Assembly: GCA_003344405.1 (NCBI GenBank)
Contig: NOWV01000138.1
Location: forward strand, 62,001 to 126,000
Source of the DNA: Trichoplax sp. H2
Taxonomy: Eukaryota
Direction: 5' to 3'
Length of the DNA stretch: 64,000 bases
The notes under the pieces are model-generated. The model saw only the letters and a list, made by a program, of their open reading frames with translations, had not been told where the DNA came from and made no database searches. Both the position numbers and the translations under genes were made by a program. Positions 13,842 to 26,700 of the stretch are shown here, piece after piece; the first letter of the stretch is position 1; the number at the start of each line of letters is the position of its first letter.

Positions 13842-16800
13842 ATGACTACACCTACCGAGATTGATCAAGATGAGATGATGGCACGCAAGTTACAAGCTGA
13901 GGTAACGTATAACATAGCTGCCATATAGAATACTGCAAATACTTGTATCAAGGACCAACAGAGCTGCTATGTAGAACACTGTCAATACTTTTATCAGGAT
14001 CTACTAGAAATCCCTACTACTAGGTATTTCTAAGAGTCCTTGCCTGTATCTAGTAGTTATACATAGATGGAGGAATGAGATTGGTCATGGAATACTAGTG
14101 CACTGTGGTAACAAAAAATTCGTACTCGGTTGATATCATCTATAGTATTAAAGATAGAAAGATTTCCAATTTGTGTTATGTTGTCTACATCAGTTCATAC
14201 GTATCGTACAATAGACGGCAGAATGAGGTTGGCCTTTGAATACTAATGCAACTACTCTAGCAACATAAAATTCAGACACCGTTAATCTAATGATGATTCC
14301 ATCTACTATACTAAACCAAGAAGGATATCCATTGACTCTATGATACTACTTCGTAATTGCTACAATGTATTAGTTCATAGCTATTTTTGCAATACTTCTT
14401 TTATATTGATAGTGCATCAACTCAATTGCCTACTGTATGTATACTAATGTAAAGTCAGGTAAAGTTTATACCACATATCATCATAATAAATATACTTGGT
14501 AGGAATTTGAAAATATTGGAATATTATGTTTTACTATTCAGTTAATGATAAAGGTTAATATAACAGTACGATCTAGAATATGCAATGTCTCAAGAACATG
14601 AGGAACCGGAAGCTGGTAAATCCTCGCATAGTAAGCTTACCTGTAATAGTAGAGCTACAACTTGGCAGATAATATCAACAGCTACCTTATCTTCAATTAT
14701 CCTGAGATAACCTAAAGATAGATGAAATAAAATTTAATTTACTACTTTATATTGCAGATCAACAAGAAGTAGTATCCGCTAATACTTCCAAAGATGAGAC
14801 CGAAAATATAGATCAAAGTAGAAGTTCGAGGTTAATAGATACTCGACCACTATGCAAATATGGAGGTAAATGTTACAGGGAAAATCCCTTACACTTTATG
14901 GAATACCGACATTCAGGTTCGAAAATCCACGAAATATTAATTATCGTGCAATAGTACTAATACTCGTAGATATTTTTGTTCTTTTATGGATCTTTAACCA
15001 CTTAATTTTAGAAGTTTACCTTCTGTATATTGTGTTTAAAAGTCTAATAAATATTCTACATGTAGGTGAGGCAAACAGTAGGGAAGTAACCGAAAGTCCC
15101 AGAAAAAAATTGAAAAGTCATGACGTTCGAGTCGAGCAGCCAAGAGTAGAAACGAAAGAGCATAGCCAAGACCAGGCTGAGCCTGATCAAATGTGTAACA
15201 AATATTCATATTATTTATCTAAAGTTCGCGGTCTTAATAATAATTACAATAGTAGAACCAGCAGTATTCATATTAGAGGTAAGATATTTAACCAAGTTTA
15301 TTGGCGAATATCTCTATTGCTATAAAACTAAAATCCTGATTAATCCATTTCTAGAAATTCTTGCCTTAGAAAAGAGTGAATTAATATCATCTATACAGGT
15401 ATTTGATTTATAGGAATAGCAGTAGCAAAAACTAATGCACATCGGTAAAAAGAAAGTATAAGCTAACCTAACTTATTGGAATAATCTTCGTTCTCAATAA
15501 GTTCAATTACATGTTTGATGTCAGTTGGCTATTGGACCAATACCCAGAAGATTACAGGTAACAAGAAATTTTGATGTTTATAGTTGAATACGGTACCAGT
15601 TTTGCTTTAAATATGGAACAAAATTACAAATATGCTACACGCCAAAGTTGCTACCATAAATGATTTTTTCTCCGTTAGGAAAAATCCAGTTTTAATTGTA
15701 CACGGTTACAGCGGCCAGTCTCGCAATAATTTAGAGCAACAAGGGCAACCATTTCCAAATGTTAAATTTCATCAGGTTAATTGATCACTTATTTAATAGA
15801 AATTTAATTCAAGTAACAACTTCATTAAACGTACTAAATCATGCTTTAATATAAATAAATCAATGCATGGCTAGTGATGTCAAGTAACTCTTGTTGAGTG
15901 CTGTTGACGTAGTAAAATAAATGAATATAATTTACAAATAAAATTTCACTCTTTAAGGCAAAATTAGAAATGGCCTATGGTACGCATCACAGGTACGTGT
16001 AGTAGATAAGTAAAATTTTAGCAATTTAGTGATTGCTGTAGATAGATCGGAAGTCATACGTTTTTAACAATATTTTTTACAAGTTTGTGAAGCGATTGGT
16101 GGGTATTTTTTGCAAAATCTAATAATTTTGTAATCATTACAGTAAGATGATGTTTCTATTGTACTCGAACGGACTACGAATTGTTATTCATACCGCAAAT
16201 CTAATCCCACAAGATTGGGGTCGTAGAACGCAAGGGTAATCGTGACAACCGATAATCATAAGTGTATTTACATCCTTTAAATTTCACTTTTAATAAGAAT
16301 TTATATTTGTTAAACTTTTGCTATAGTATTTGGATAAGTCCACTATTTCTGAAACGATCAGATAAATCGGAAATGAACATAGCAGATGATACTGGATTTA
16401 AACAAGATTTAATGGTAAAAATTTAAATTGATTAATGTTTATCATGATGTATCATTGCCGATACTGTAATGGCCATGTCAAATGTCATCTCTGATTCATG
16501 AAATGAAGTCGGATTAATGTCTTTTTATTCTGCGTGTATTTAGGATTATGTTGCTAGCTATGGACCGGCTTTATTTGAATGGAGAAGTCGAATTATGGAG
16601 CATGACATGTCATCCGTAAAGTAATTTGCAAACTTTATAAAACGATTATGATTGGCATAATTTGATGTATCTTACGATTATTTCATTGCTACTTCTTGTA
16701 CAGCGTTTTTCTAATAGCTTCGGTCCCTGGTAGACACGCTGGCAAAAATATTGATAAATGGGGACACTTGAAACTGCGAAAGGTATTTGTTGTTATAATG

Positions 16801-18220
16801 ACTTTATGACTGAGTATTCTTTATTAATTGTACTACAACATTTCGTAAGATTCTAAAACGTAATGGGCCAAGTAAGGATGATGTATCAGCAAATTGGCCA
16901 GCCATATGCCAATTTTCTAGCATTGGTTCGCTTGGTAGTAAGCGTGATGCATGGTTGTATAGCGAATTTAGGACTAGTTTATCTTCCACATCAACGACAA
17001 GGTTATCTCAATTGGGAGAAAGAAAAGCTGATGTTAAGCTGGTTCGCTTGCCAAATATTTTTTTAAGAGTATCGGGATTAATCAACATTATAATTCATGA
17101 ACTGTTGAAAATTTCACAAACTTAGATTTTCCCGTCTGTAGAAAATGTCCGAAATTGTTTAGAAGGTTATAAAGGTAAGGTAGCGATTTAAAATTAGTCT
17201 TGAATGAATTATCTTTGTAGTCCATTATGTTGTATCAGTTTATAGCTGTTACATCATTGCTTTTGCGTATTAAAGTTTATCGTAGTACACCTAACATTTG
17301 AATTGCACTACTTAAAACGTTAAAGGTGGTTCTTGCTTACCATACAATCGGGGTACCGCCAATAAACAACCTTGGCTAAATTCCTTATTACAGTAAATAA
17401 CATTTTTTACCGTAAATTTAATACTCGCAGTCTATTTCCTGTAATTCTATCGTAACATTGTAATTATCTATTGAATGCGAAGCAATTGGGCTGCCAAAAA
17501 AACTGGACGCCATCGTGCATCTCCTCACATCAAAACTTACACTCGCGTATCACCAGATAATACAGAATTAGCTTGGTTTCTTATAACCAGGCAAGTGTTG
17601 TTTTCTTATTTTATGCACATATACAGTCAATGATATGGCAGAATAATTCAAGTGTATTTTTATGTCATAAATGATAGCGCAAATCTTTCCAAAGCTGCTT
17701 GGGGCACAATGGAAAAAAACGAAACGCAGTTGATGATTCGATCTTATGAAATTGGTGTACTCTTTCTACCCAAGCAGTTTGTAAGATACTGCAATAATTG
17801 CATTATTACTGAATTCTGATAACAATTTAAATTATAGCGTTTGAAAGTTAATGGTAATTGTGATTTCGAAATGTAAAGGGGGATGGTAAGACATTTAAAA
17901 CTTGTGACCTGAAGACAAACTGGTTAATTCCTTACGATTTACCGTTGATTCCGTACGGACTTCAAGGTATATTTAACAATCAATGTAACTTTATATTTTA
18001 AACAGCAATGTCATCAAACAGCATGGCATCCTTGATAATCTTTCTATACGTATGCATTACGTAATCATGCTGACTATGCTTTAAATTTCGCTTTTTGTTA
18101 GATTCCCCATGGACATGGGATACACCTCATCTTGAGCCTGATACTCATGGTGCTCAGTGGATTCCAGGAGGATATAAAGCCTTTAGGGAAAGCCGCTATG
18201 ATAAAGAGGAACAACCATGA
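13842..18220 (+). CDS. TDP1: Tyrosyl-DNA phosphodiesterase 1 with N-terminal MIU-like helix and PBZ zinc finger; many short exons
   Basis: Exons include 13842-13901, 14567-14615, 14758-14916, 15066-15278, 15355-15398, 15502-15557 ([11 protein letters not shown]), 15679-15775, 15958-15992 joined to 16143-16235 ([12 protein letters not shown]...HTANL, first HKN motif), ~17482-17590 (PHIKTYTR, second motif), 17678-17780 (ANLSKAAWG...SYEIGVLF), and 18102-18220 (PWTWD...PDTHG, TGA). Confidence 0.95.
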
Positions 18221-19000
18221 AAGAAAAACGGAGGAAGAAATTTGCACTGGGTAATCGGAAAATGATTTTGCTTTTCTCAACTTGAAATAGCATACTATGT
18301 AGTTGTGAAATATCTAAACTTTTGTTACTATATAACTGCGGCCTTGATGGACCAGTGAATACGTATATATATATATACATCGCGACGTATGTTACTGTTC
18401 ATCTTGCCTTCCTGCTTGATTCCTTGAATGTATTATTTTTCGTTACTTAACGTGATGTATCTAATTTTTGTAACAAAGCACAAAGCGTGGAAGCATTGGC
18501 TAATCGATCTTGTCATAACTGTGCTTGTTACGGTGATAAGTCTTGAATTGTACAATTCTAGTTGACCAATTTATCTGTAAAGACTGATAATGTATAGTAT
18601 CTGTGTGTATAGTACATTGTAATACGATAGAAACAACAGCATAATACTGTTGCATAAACTGCAAACTGAAGATGGAAACGTAGCGAGAATTGCAATTGTT
18701 AACTGAGTGAATATTCTCTTTAGCATTCTTACATAAATAAAGCAAGTGTTGAATGAAACAATAAAACTTTTACTTTATTTAATCTTATTAACCGTAAATA
18801 TTAATATAAACATATGTACAAAAAATGAGCTGCTTCACGTTGATGAAATTAATTTGACATTCTAAATAACGGAAACTAGTTATTTCTCAACATTCTATCA
18901 TTAGGAGTAATATTTAATTAGCACAAGAGATGGATTCGCAGGTACAAAACTGGGTATCCATGCTAAGGTGATTGTCGCATAACTCTGAAATAGAATTATT

Positions 19001-20615
19001 TTAATTATTTTCCGTAGCGTAAATCGGAGCCAAAATTCTATTTTTACTCGTCTCAATAATGTGACCGTTCAGGATCATCTCGTCAAGGATCATATAAGCT
19101 TTTTCGACATTCATGGTAATCTATTCGGGTAGAAAGAGCATATTATGGTATTCAAAATCTGTCAATTCAAATCTCCTATTATTATCCAAACACAGTTATT
19201 GACAAAAAATTGGACCACGATATTAATTTAAAGCATTCTTACATCTAGTTCGGACTGTTAACCGGTGACCATAATTTTTCGCATCGATTGTCAGAGAATT
19301 GAACATATAAAAATTAAGTATAGAGAGTTATCCATAATAGCAAAAATCCATCGATTCATAATTATCTCTTGCACTATCATTATCATGAGATGTGAATAAT
19401 TGATGAATAAATTAACACGACTTTAGCTAGATTTTGTACCAATCTGCTAGCAGTATGTTGATACTGTATTATTTATTAACGCAAGCACTAAAATGTGATT
19501 GAGCTTTGGAGGTAGTTACTTTATAATTTTATCATACGCGTAACTTACCACATCGTTAAAATATCGGTCAAAGGTTTCTACTAAATTTTGAATCAATTCC
19601 AGGATACTTAATTCATTCTAGATTACGTGGTAGCAAATGGAATATTAAAAATTGCATCAGATTGATTAATTTCTATTTATTGAATACAGCTGTACGTATA
19701 CGAGTATGCTCTCGATTACTGTTCATATAGCATACACTAATCTTTTAAAGGATCGTCATTGTATTAGTTAATGAATTAGTTCAACCTCGATACTAATACC
19801 AATAATGACAAAATGCATTAATGGAGAGTCATAGAATATAAGATTTGGATGAATTGAGCAGGTATGATTGTATGAACATCACTTTGGACTGTACAAATGA
19901 CCTCATTTAGTCAAGATCTAGCCGTGCATAGCCTACCTCATCGCTATCGACACCGACGATAAAAAATAAGGACATGTACCGTCGATAGATAAGCATCATG
20001 TTTTGATATTCTAGGAATGAGCACTATAAATAAATGAACGAATAAGATAGTGGTTAGTATGTGGCGTACAGGTGGAGAAAGCTCGATCTATTGTGATCGA
20101 CAAAAATTGTGGTCCATATTTTCTCTACATGTGTACAGCTTTGTCCTGCAGTAGCTCTCTTTGCCACTTTGCATGATTGGCTGAATTTAGAGTCATGAGT
20201 TTGATGAGATGGAAACAATTGTACTAGGAGGAGTATAGATCGCTTATCCACTTATAGCGATTACATGATGATCATGGAGGAAGGGCCAGCTTGGATAACT
20301 GTATATACTTACATGGTATACTCGTACGGTTTAAATTGTCAGTTTGCTAATCACTAAGAATACGAGTGGAAGAACTTCCATATCATGATGGATCATTTTG
20401 ATCAGTCACCCCCATTGACGCCTGTTAATGCGGTGTTTTATCCATAAAGAATAGTACTGATTCGCTCGTTTTATTACCTCTTTCTTACTTCGTGGTAAGC
20501 ATTTCTGAATAGTCTCACGTTCTAGATTCTCTCTTTCTTCCCCAAGAATGTTGTGATAGTATCTCGAAAGCCGACTTTGGCCATCTTTGTTCACCAAGAG
20601 TATAAATTTGATCAT
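19001..20615 (-). CDS. AP4S1: AP-4 complex subunit sigma, 141 aa, 5 exons
   Basis: Exons 20615-20478 (MIKFILLVNKDGQSRLSRYY), 20023-19937 (CSFLEY..LIYRRYMSLFFIVGV), 19617-19549 (NELSILELIQNLVETFDRYF), 19254-19243 (SELD), 19120-19001 (...ILDEMILNGHIIETSKNRILAP). All introns are GT-AG and phase 0. Confidence 0.93.
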
Positions 20616-20777
20616 TACTTTGTCGTGGATCGCTACAGTTTTCAATCAATCATGCCCTAAACAGTATCCAATAAGTCAATGTTCATGGCTTGTCCAGCTT
20701 ATACCTGCCTTCCAATGATCGTCTCCCTTGCCAGAGAAGAAGCGATGGAGTTTTATTTATTTATTTTAGAGTTAACT

Positions 20778-21557
20778 GGATCAAAATATGGAAGAATTGT
20801 TGATGACGACGACAGATGAGAATGTTGCTTAGCATTAGAATCTTTGCATACCGTGTATAGTCCAGGTCACAGCGCTGGGCAAGGACAGAATGACGGACTG
20901 GCTGTTGCCTGAAACTAGTCTAAGATGGACAAGGTGGAGAAAGCTTTCCTGCTGCTTGTATTTAATGTTGAATTAAATCAGTTCAATAGTTTATCTCATT
21001 AAGATAGCCGATCATGATAATTTACTGATGAGCTACTAGAATGAAACTTGAATTTACGGTTTCGGATAACGGGATGTGCTGGTGAATGCATCATCAAGCT
21101 GTAGNNNNNNNNNNNNNNNNNNNNGGATCAAAATATGGAAGAATTGTTGATGACGACGACAGATGAGAATGTTGCTTAGCATTAGAATCTTTGCATACCG
21201 TGTATAGTCCAGGTCACAGCGCAGGGCAAGGACAGAATGACGGACTGGCTGTTGCCTGAAACTAGTCTATCCTGTGTACAGTACAGTACACTCAAGGCCA
21301 TAGTAATCGGTATCGTGTGTGTACGGACGATGAGTTGTATGCAGTGTCCTCGATTTGGCGTGCTCGATGGGAGAAAGATGGACAAGGTGGAGAAAGCTTT
21401 CCTGCTGCTTGTATTTAATGTTGAATTAAATCAGTTCAATAGTTTATCTCATTAAGATAGCCGATCATGATAATTTACTGATTTGCTACTTGAATGAAAT
21501 TTGAATTTACGGTTTCGGATAAAGGGATGTGCTGGTGAATGCATCATCAAGCTGTAG
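20778..21557. repeat. Near-identical duplication straddling an assembly gap (probably two haplotypes)
   Basis: 20778-21104 is repeated at 21125-21557 with a few substitutions and a 106-bp indel (21270-21375). Confidence 0.85.
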
Positions 21558-22759
21558 CATGTTGCAGAGTTCGCCATTTCTTGCAAGCAAACATTGATGA
21601 ACCATTCGTTTGCATAGCTACACAAACTGAACCTTTAACATGTCTAACCTCGTCAATTATGACAAACATTGTGTAGGTGTTGCTGTTTCTGTTTAGAGAG
21701 CTAGGCGAAGGTTGTAGACTGATTCAAAGACAATGAGTGTGTCGAAAACACTACCACATTGAACGGCAGTTGGCAAGCTGGAGCAGGCGGCAAAACAACT
21801 GCTAATGCAAAATGGCAGTCAATAGTATGTTTAAGTGAAGAGATAATTGAATTGCTTTGCTAATTGCATTTGTCTCTCCAGGACAACACCATGTTTTCCA
21901 TTGAGGCATTGAAAGCGGACGACATGCATACTATTACTATTGGCTGGAAAGCATATGTTGACATTATCGTGATAAAACAACATTGCACATAGAAGGCGTG
22001 CCTTGAATTAAAGCCATCATCTCTAGGCCCTTCCAGCATGAAGAAAGACAAGAAGTGGACATGAAACTTGTCACTTGAACGTGAACTGGTGTAACTAACA
22101 CTATACTGGAAAGTGCTGACAGGGTGTATTTACTTTATTTTAGAAATACAATCCTCAGCAAATTCAAAAAGTCAATCACAGAGCCCTTGCATTTTGAAGT
22201 TACAGTAGTGTATTGTGAAGGTAGGCTAAAAAGGGAAAGATGCAAGGGGTCTATGTCTTTTGCTGAAGTGGCCATTATTGCTTCGATTGGCCCGTTTTCA
22301 CATATTATGTATTGTAGAGTCCTTGCATGCAAGACTTTGATGTAGACTGATCAAGTCTACTATTGGCACCTCTTCCTGGACGTTCCAATTTTAGCTCATG
22401 CAAACGCATGGCTATGAATGGTAGTCCCTTTGCTAACTGATTTACTCACTGCAAGATGACTTGAAGGTGCAGCAAGTTGCATCGAATGGATATCCAAGCT
22501 GTTTAGATACCCGATTGAAGCACTGTAGACTGTAGTACAGTCGTTTCGATGGTCGGGTAGAATAAGATTGAAAGGTATTTCAGCAGACAGTAAGTAGCAT
22601 GCAGTGGGCCGTCTGTCTTTGCAAATCGGTCGCCATTTTTCTGCTACAATGATGTCCAATGACCTGCCATGAATTGACAATATTGACCGATCGACTGGAT
22701 AGAGAATGAATGTAGGCATAGGCAGAGTCATGGACTCTTCCACTACCATCCATTTTGAG

Positions 22760-23260
22760 GACATATTATACTTACATTATGTAGATAGAAAGCAAATCAA
22801 AGCATGGACTTGATTCTACAGTAGTAGTCTATATTCATTTCTTCGTCTCTACTACTGATTCCTGACTGCTACAGCGTTGCAAACATATTATAGATAGAAA
22901 GCAAATCAAGCATGACTACCAAGTTGATTCTACAGTAGTAGTCCATGCTCATTTCTCCTCTACTACTAATTGCTGACTACTATAGCGTAGCAATCCACTT
23001 TGGTCAGCGTTGCAAACATATAGCTAGAAAGTAAATCAAAGCATGGACTACTAGAAGGCTTGATTCTACAGTAGTAGCCCATGTTCATTTCTTCCTCTCT
23101 ACTACTAATTGCTGACTACCATAGCGTTGTAAACATATTATAGATAGATAGAAAGCAAATCAAAGCATGAACTACTACAAGACTTGATCCTACAGTAGTA
23201 GTCCATGTTCATTTCTTCCTCTCTACTACTGATTGCTGACTGCTATAGCGTTGCAAACTT
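22760..23260. repeat. Tandem repeat, ~4 copies of ~115-140 bp
   Basis: TAGATAGAAAGCAAATCAAAGCATGGACT...TGATTCTACAGTAGTAGTCCATGTTCATTTCTTCCTCTCTACTACT.ATTGCTGACT.CTATAGCGTTGCAAAC repeated. Confidence 0.9.
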
Positions 23261-23790
23261 CTTCTTCCTCGCTCCTCCAGGCTATGACGCAATGAGGTAT
23301 CGTAGAGTGCACAGTACCAGGTACTGTACACTGTACGAAAGAGACGGTACCCCTTTGGAGGCCGTCGAATAGATATACTCTGTCAGCTGTCCTAGAATAG
23401 GATTTACACTGGAAAGCGGCGCGACCATGGTTACTTTGGATCCGCCATAGTCAACATCAGCGCCACTTGAGCTACGACACTAGGGACCACCACCAGCACC
23501 GTTTGGTTGGCCATACTGGAAATAGGCTGGCGATAGTGATAAGAGACTTGTGTATAGCGCATACAGTCATGTTACAGCACGCACTCGTCGTGTGGAACAC
23601 GAGTGTCGGTTCAGCACGAACCCTGGTGGTCGAAAATCCCTTCTATAGTCAATCATAACACTCAGTCCAATTCATACTATTATAACTAGAAATAATACCC
23701 TTGAAATCGACACACCACTAACAGGCATCCTTTGACCAGGGGCAAACTTAACCCTCTGCAAGGTTTGACGTCGGTTTGTCCAGGGGTAGT

Positions 23791-26700
23791 ATGGGAAATT
23801 GGAAACGATGATGGAGTCGGAAGGAGGCAATATGCAAGTCCAGGTTGAAATGGAGCCGAACGAGCTGAATTACAGGTAGAGAATCTTGTTGTCGACAAGG
23901 AGGAGGGGGGGGGGGNNNNNNNNNNNNNNNNNNNNGCCAAGGCCATCGTCTCTCGATTCCTAGACGATCGCTACTAGAATACCACACGTCGTCATCATGT
24001 CGTCTTTAGCCATGCTAGTTAACAGTCATGGCGTAGACAATAATGCTTCTTGCCTACTTGATCTTTTTCCTTTCTTCCTCCACCATCGCTTGATTGCAAT
24101 ACGATCCATTGGATCTTTCTCATCCTATTTGTTGTTCATCATGCTTGTTGTTAGTCAGAAATCAGTTGCTAAAGTAACTCTCCTCTACCTATTGGAGTAA
24201 ATACGATCGATTGTATTACCCTTCTATCATCGATCATAACAAGGATGGAGAGTAGAATTCTCCATCGCAATCTCCACAGTGGATTTCTCCTTCCCCCCCC
24301 CCTAAAAAAAAAATCCCTCCGATCATGTTTACGCTTCTGCCGAAGTAGTTCGATCGATGATGATTTTGACGTTGTAAAGTATCTCTAGCTTGAATAAATC
24401 ATCGATCATAACAAGGATAGAGAGTAGAATTCTCCATCGCAATCTCAACAGTGGATTTCTCCTGACTCGTTCGATCGATGATGATTTCCATGTTGTAAAG
24501 TATCTCTAGCTTGAATAATCATCGCTCTACGATGACAACGGCCATCATCCAGAGCAGTCGTCGATCATGGCGATGATGGGGAGGTTTTGAAGGCAAAGGA
24601 AATCGCCAGCCATGACTTGATGCAGGCTATTGCAACAGACGATCATCATCATCATCATCATGTCTTCCTACTTGGAGGACGATTGATGTCTTTTCCAATA
24701 ATAGTGTCGACATATTCGGATGGCTGAGACAGTGTATTCGAACACCTTGGCATGTTCCTATTCCTCTATTCCATGCGTAGACACATGACTGTGTAGGGTT
24801 GGATTTTCCAGCAATAGTGCTAAAAGGTGTTGGTGCCATTTTAATCTTTCACGTCGCCATCTATAACTTTGCGCTTAGTAGGACGACAACGAATGCATTT
24901 CCAATAACATGACTGATAATCTCTTCAACTTGAATCGTGTAAAGAGTCAATATCGTTGTCAAATCCAATTCATTTCACCGGTTATTTTTTCCATCATTAG
25001 TGTTGGAGGATAAGTTGGAATCCGTCACGGCGATCGATCTGACATCAGCCGTTGTAGAGGATGATGTCGATGATGATTATTTAGCCCATCTATCCTTTAC
25101 TAACCCACGGAGATCCATCTATCCTCTTGCTTTATTGTAGTGCCATTACTACTAGCATTTTCTTCATCCATAGCATCATCTTGCGGTGTAGAATAGCGCT
25201 GAAATAGAGATACATTGAATCCAGTCATTCGGTCAATCCATTTTACATCAACCCGTTTTACCTCGGCTAAAAAAATATTTTGACAAATTTTTCCATCAGC
25301 ATCAGATCGCTTGGTGCCTGATCATCTTGACACTCTAGGATGAACATCAACAATCGTCATCGCTGTTTGTTAGCGATGATGATCTTTCCCTGTTGATTCC
25401 TCCAATACCATGACTGCAGTAATCATGTCAATTTGTAGAGTCGTTCCTGATGCCTAGAAGACGTTGCTCTGTCCTAGGCAAGATTGCCATTTTACTCTAT
25501 CCAATCCATGACATAACCCTATCTGAAATAGAGAAATGATTAACATGGAGATCTCCACCACTGCTTTTGTCGTTGATCGTTGGGATGGATTTCTGTTTTT
25601 ACATGGAGCATGGCAATATTGAAAATGGAAAGTTCTTAACACATGCTTATCCATAACGCGTTTGTAGTAGACGATGGTCAATTTCAGGATGGATATCGGC
25701 AGGTTGAATGGCTAAATGATTAGTAACCGATGCCCAATAGTAGGCGAAAGATCGCCATTTTACCCTATCTAGTAGATGTTATTGACTCATACTGATCGAC
25801 TACTATTTTGATAGTAGACAGTTGGGATGGTCCGTTTCAGTTTTTTTCATGTGGCATAGCCACCGTTGAAATGGAAAACGATTTACCTCAGACGATCCAC
25901 CGCTATCCTTTTAGTAGACAGTTGCGATGGCTCATTTCAATTTTGATGGTAGCATAGCCATCATTAAATTGGAAAATGGTTTACCTCTCGGGTGATCCAT
26001 TATTATCACTGTATTCATGACGGCTAGAATGATCCATTTCAATTTTGACGATGGCTTAGCCATCGTTGAAATGGAAAACGATTTACCCCAAAAGATCCAC
26101 TGCTATCCTTTTAGTAGACAGATGCTATGATCCATTTCAATTTTGATGGTGGCATAGCCATCGTTAAATTGGAAAACGGTTTACCTCTCGGATGATCCAT
26201 TACTATCATTGTATTAATGACGGCTAGGATGATCCATTTCAATTTTGATGGTGGCATAGCCATCGTTGAAATGGAAAACGATTTACCCCAGATGATCCAC
26301 TGCTATCCTTTTAGTAGACAGTTGCGATGGTTCATTTCAACTTTGATGGTAGCATAGCTATCGTTGAAAATGATTTTACATCGGATGATCCATTTGTTTG
26401 CGCTATTCGGTTCGACATTTTTGAGTCTGATAGGTGGCCATACCAATCGATTGATAAAAGATAGAGTAGCTACGATACCAAATCAGATAGTTTTCCTTGC
26501 TGTAGTCGGTTTATTGGATCGAGGTAATCTTGCCGTTGATAGTCAACACTCTCTCATGGATGAGAACGATTTTGTCCGCTAGAGGATACTGCTACCGAAT
26601 AGCAACTATCAGAGAATTTTCTTTGCAGATCAGGACGATTCTATAAGCGCCCATCGACAGGAATTCTTCCGCTTTTGATAACCTTAGGAAAGGATCCTGA

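Noticed and set aside
21860-22764. Short ORFs between AP4S1 and striatin
   Set aside because: No motifs or splice support; they overlap on both strands.
25812-26370. CRISPR-like array
   Set aside because: Spacers are themselves repeats, no cas genes, and the context is a eukaryotic intron.
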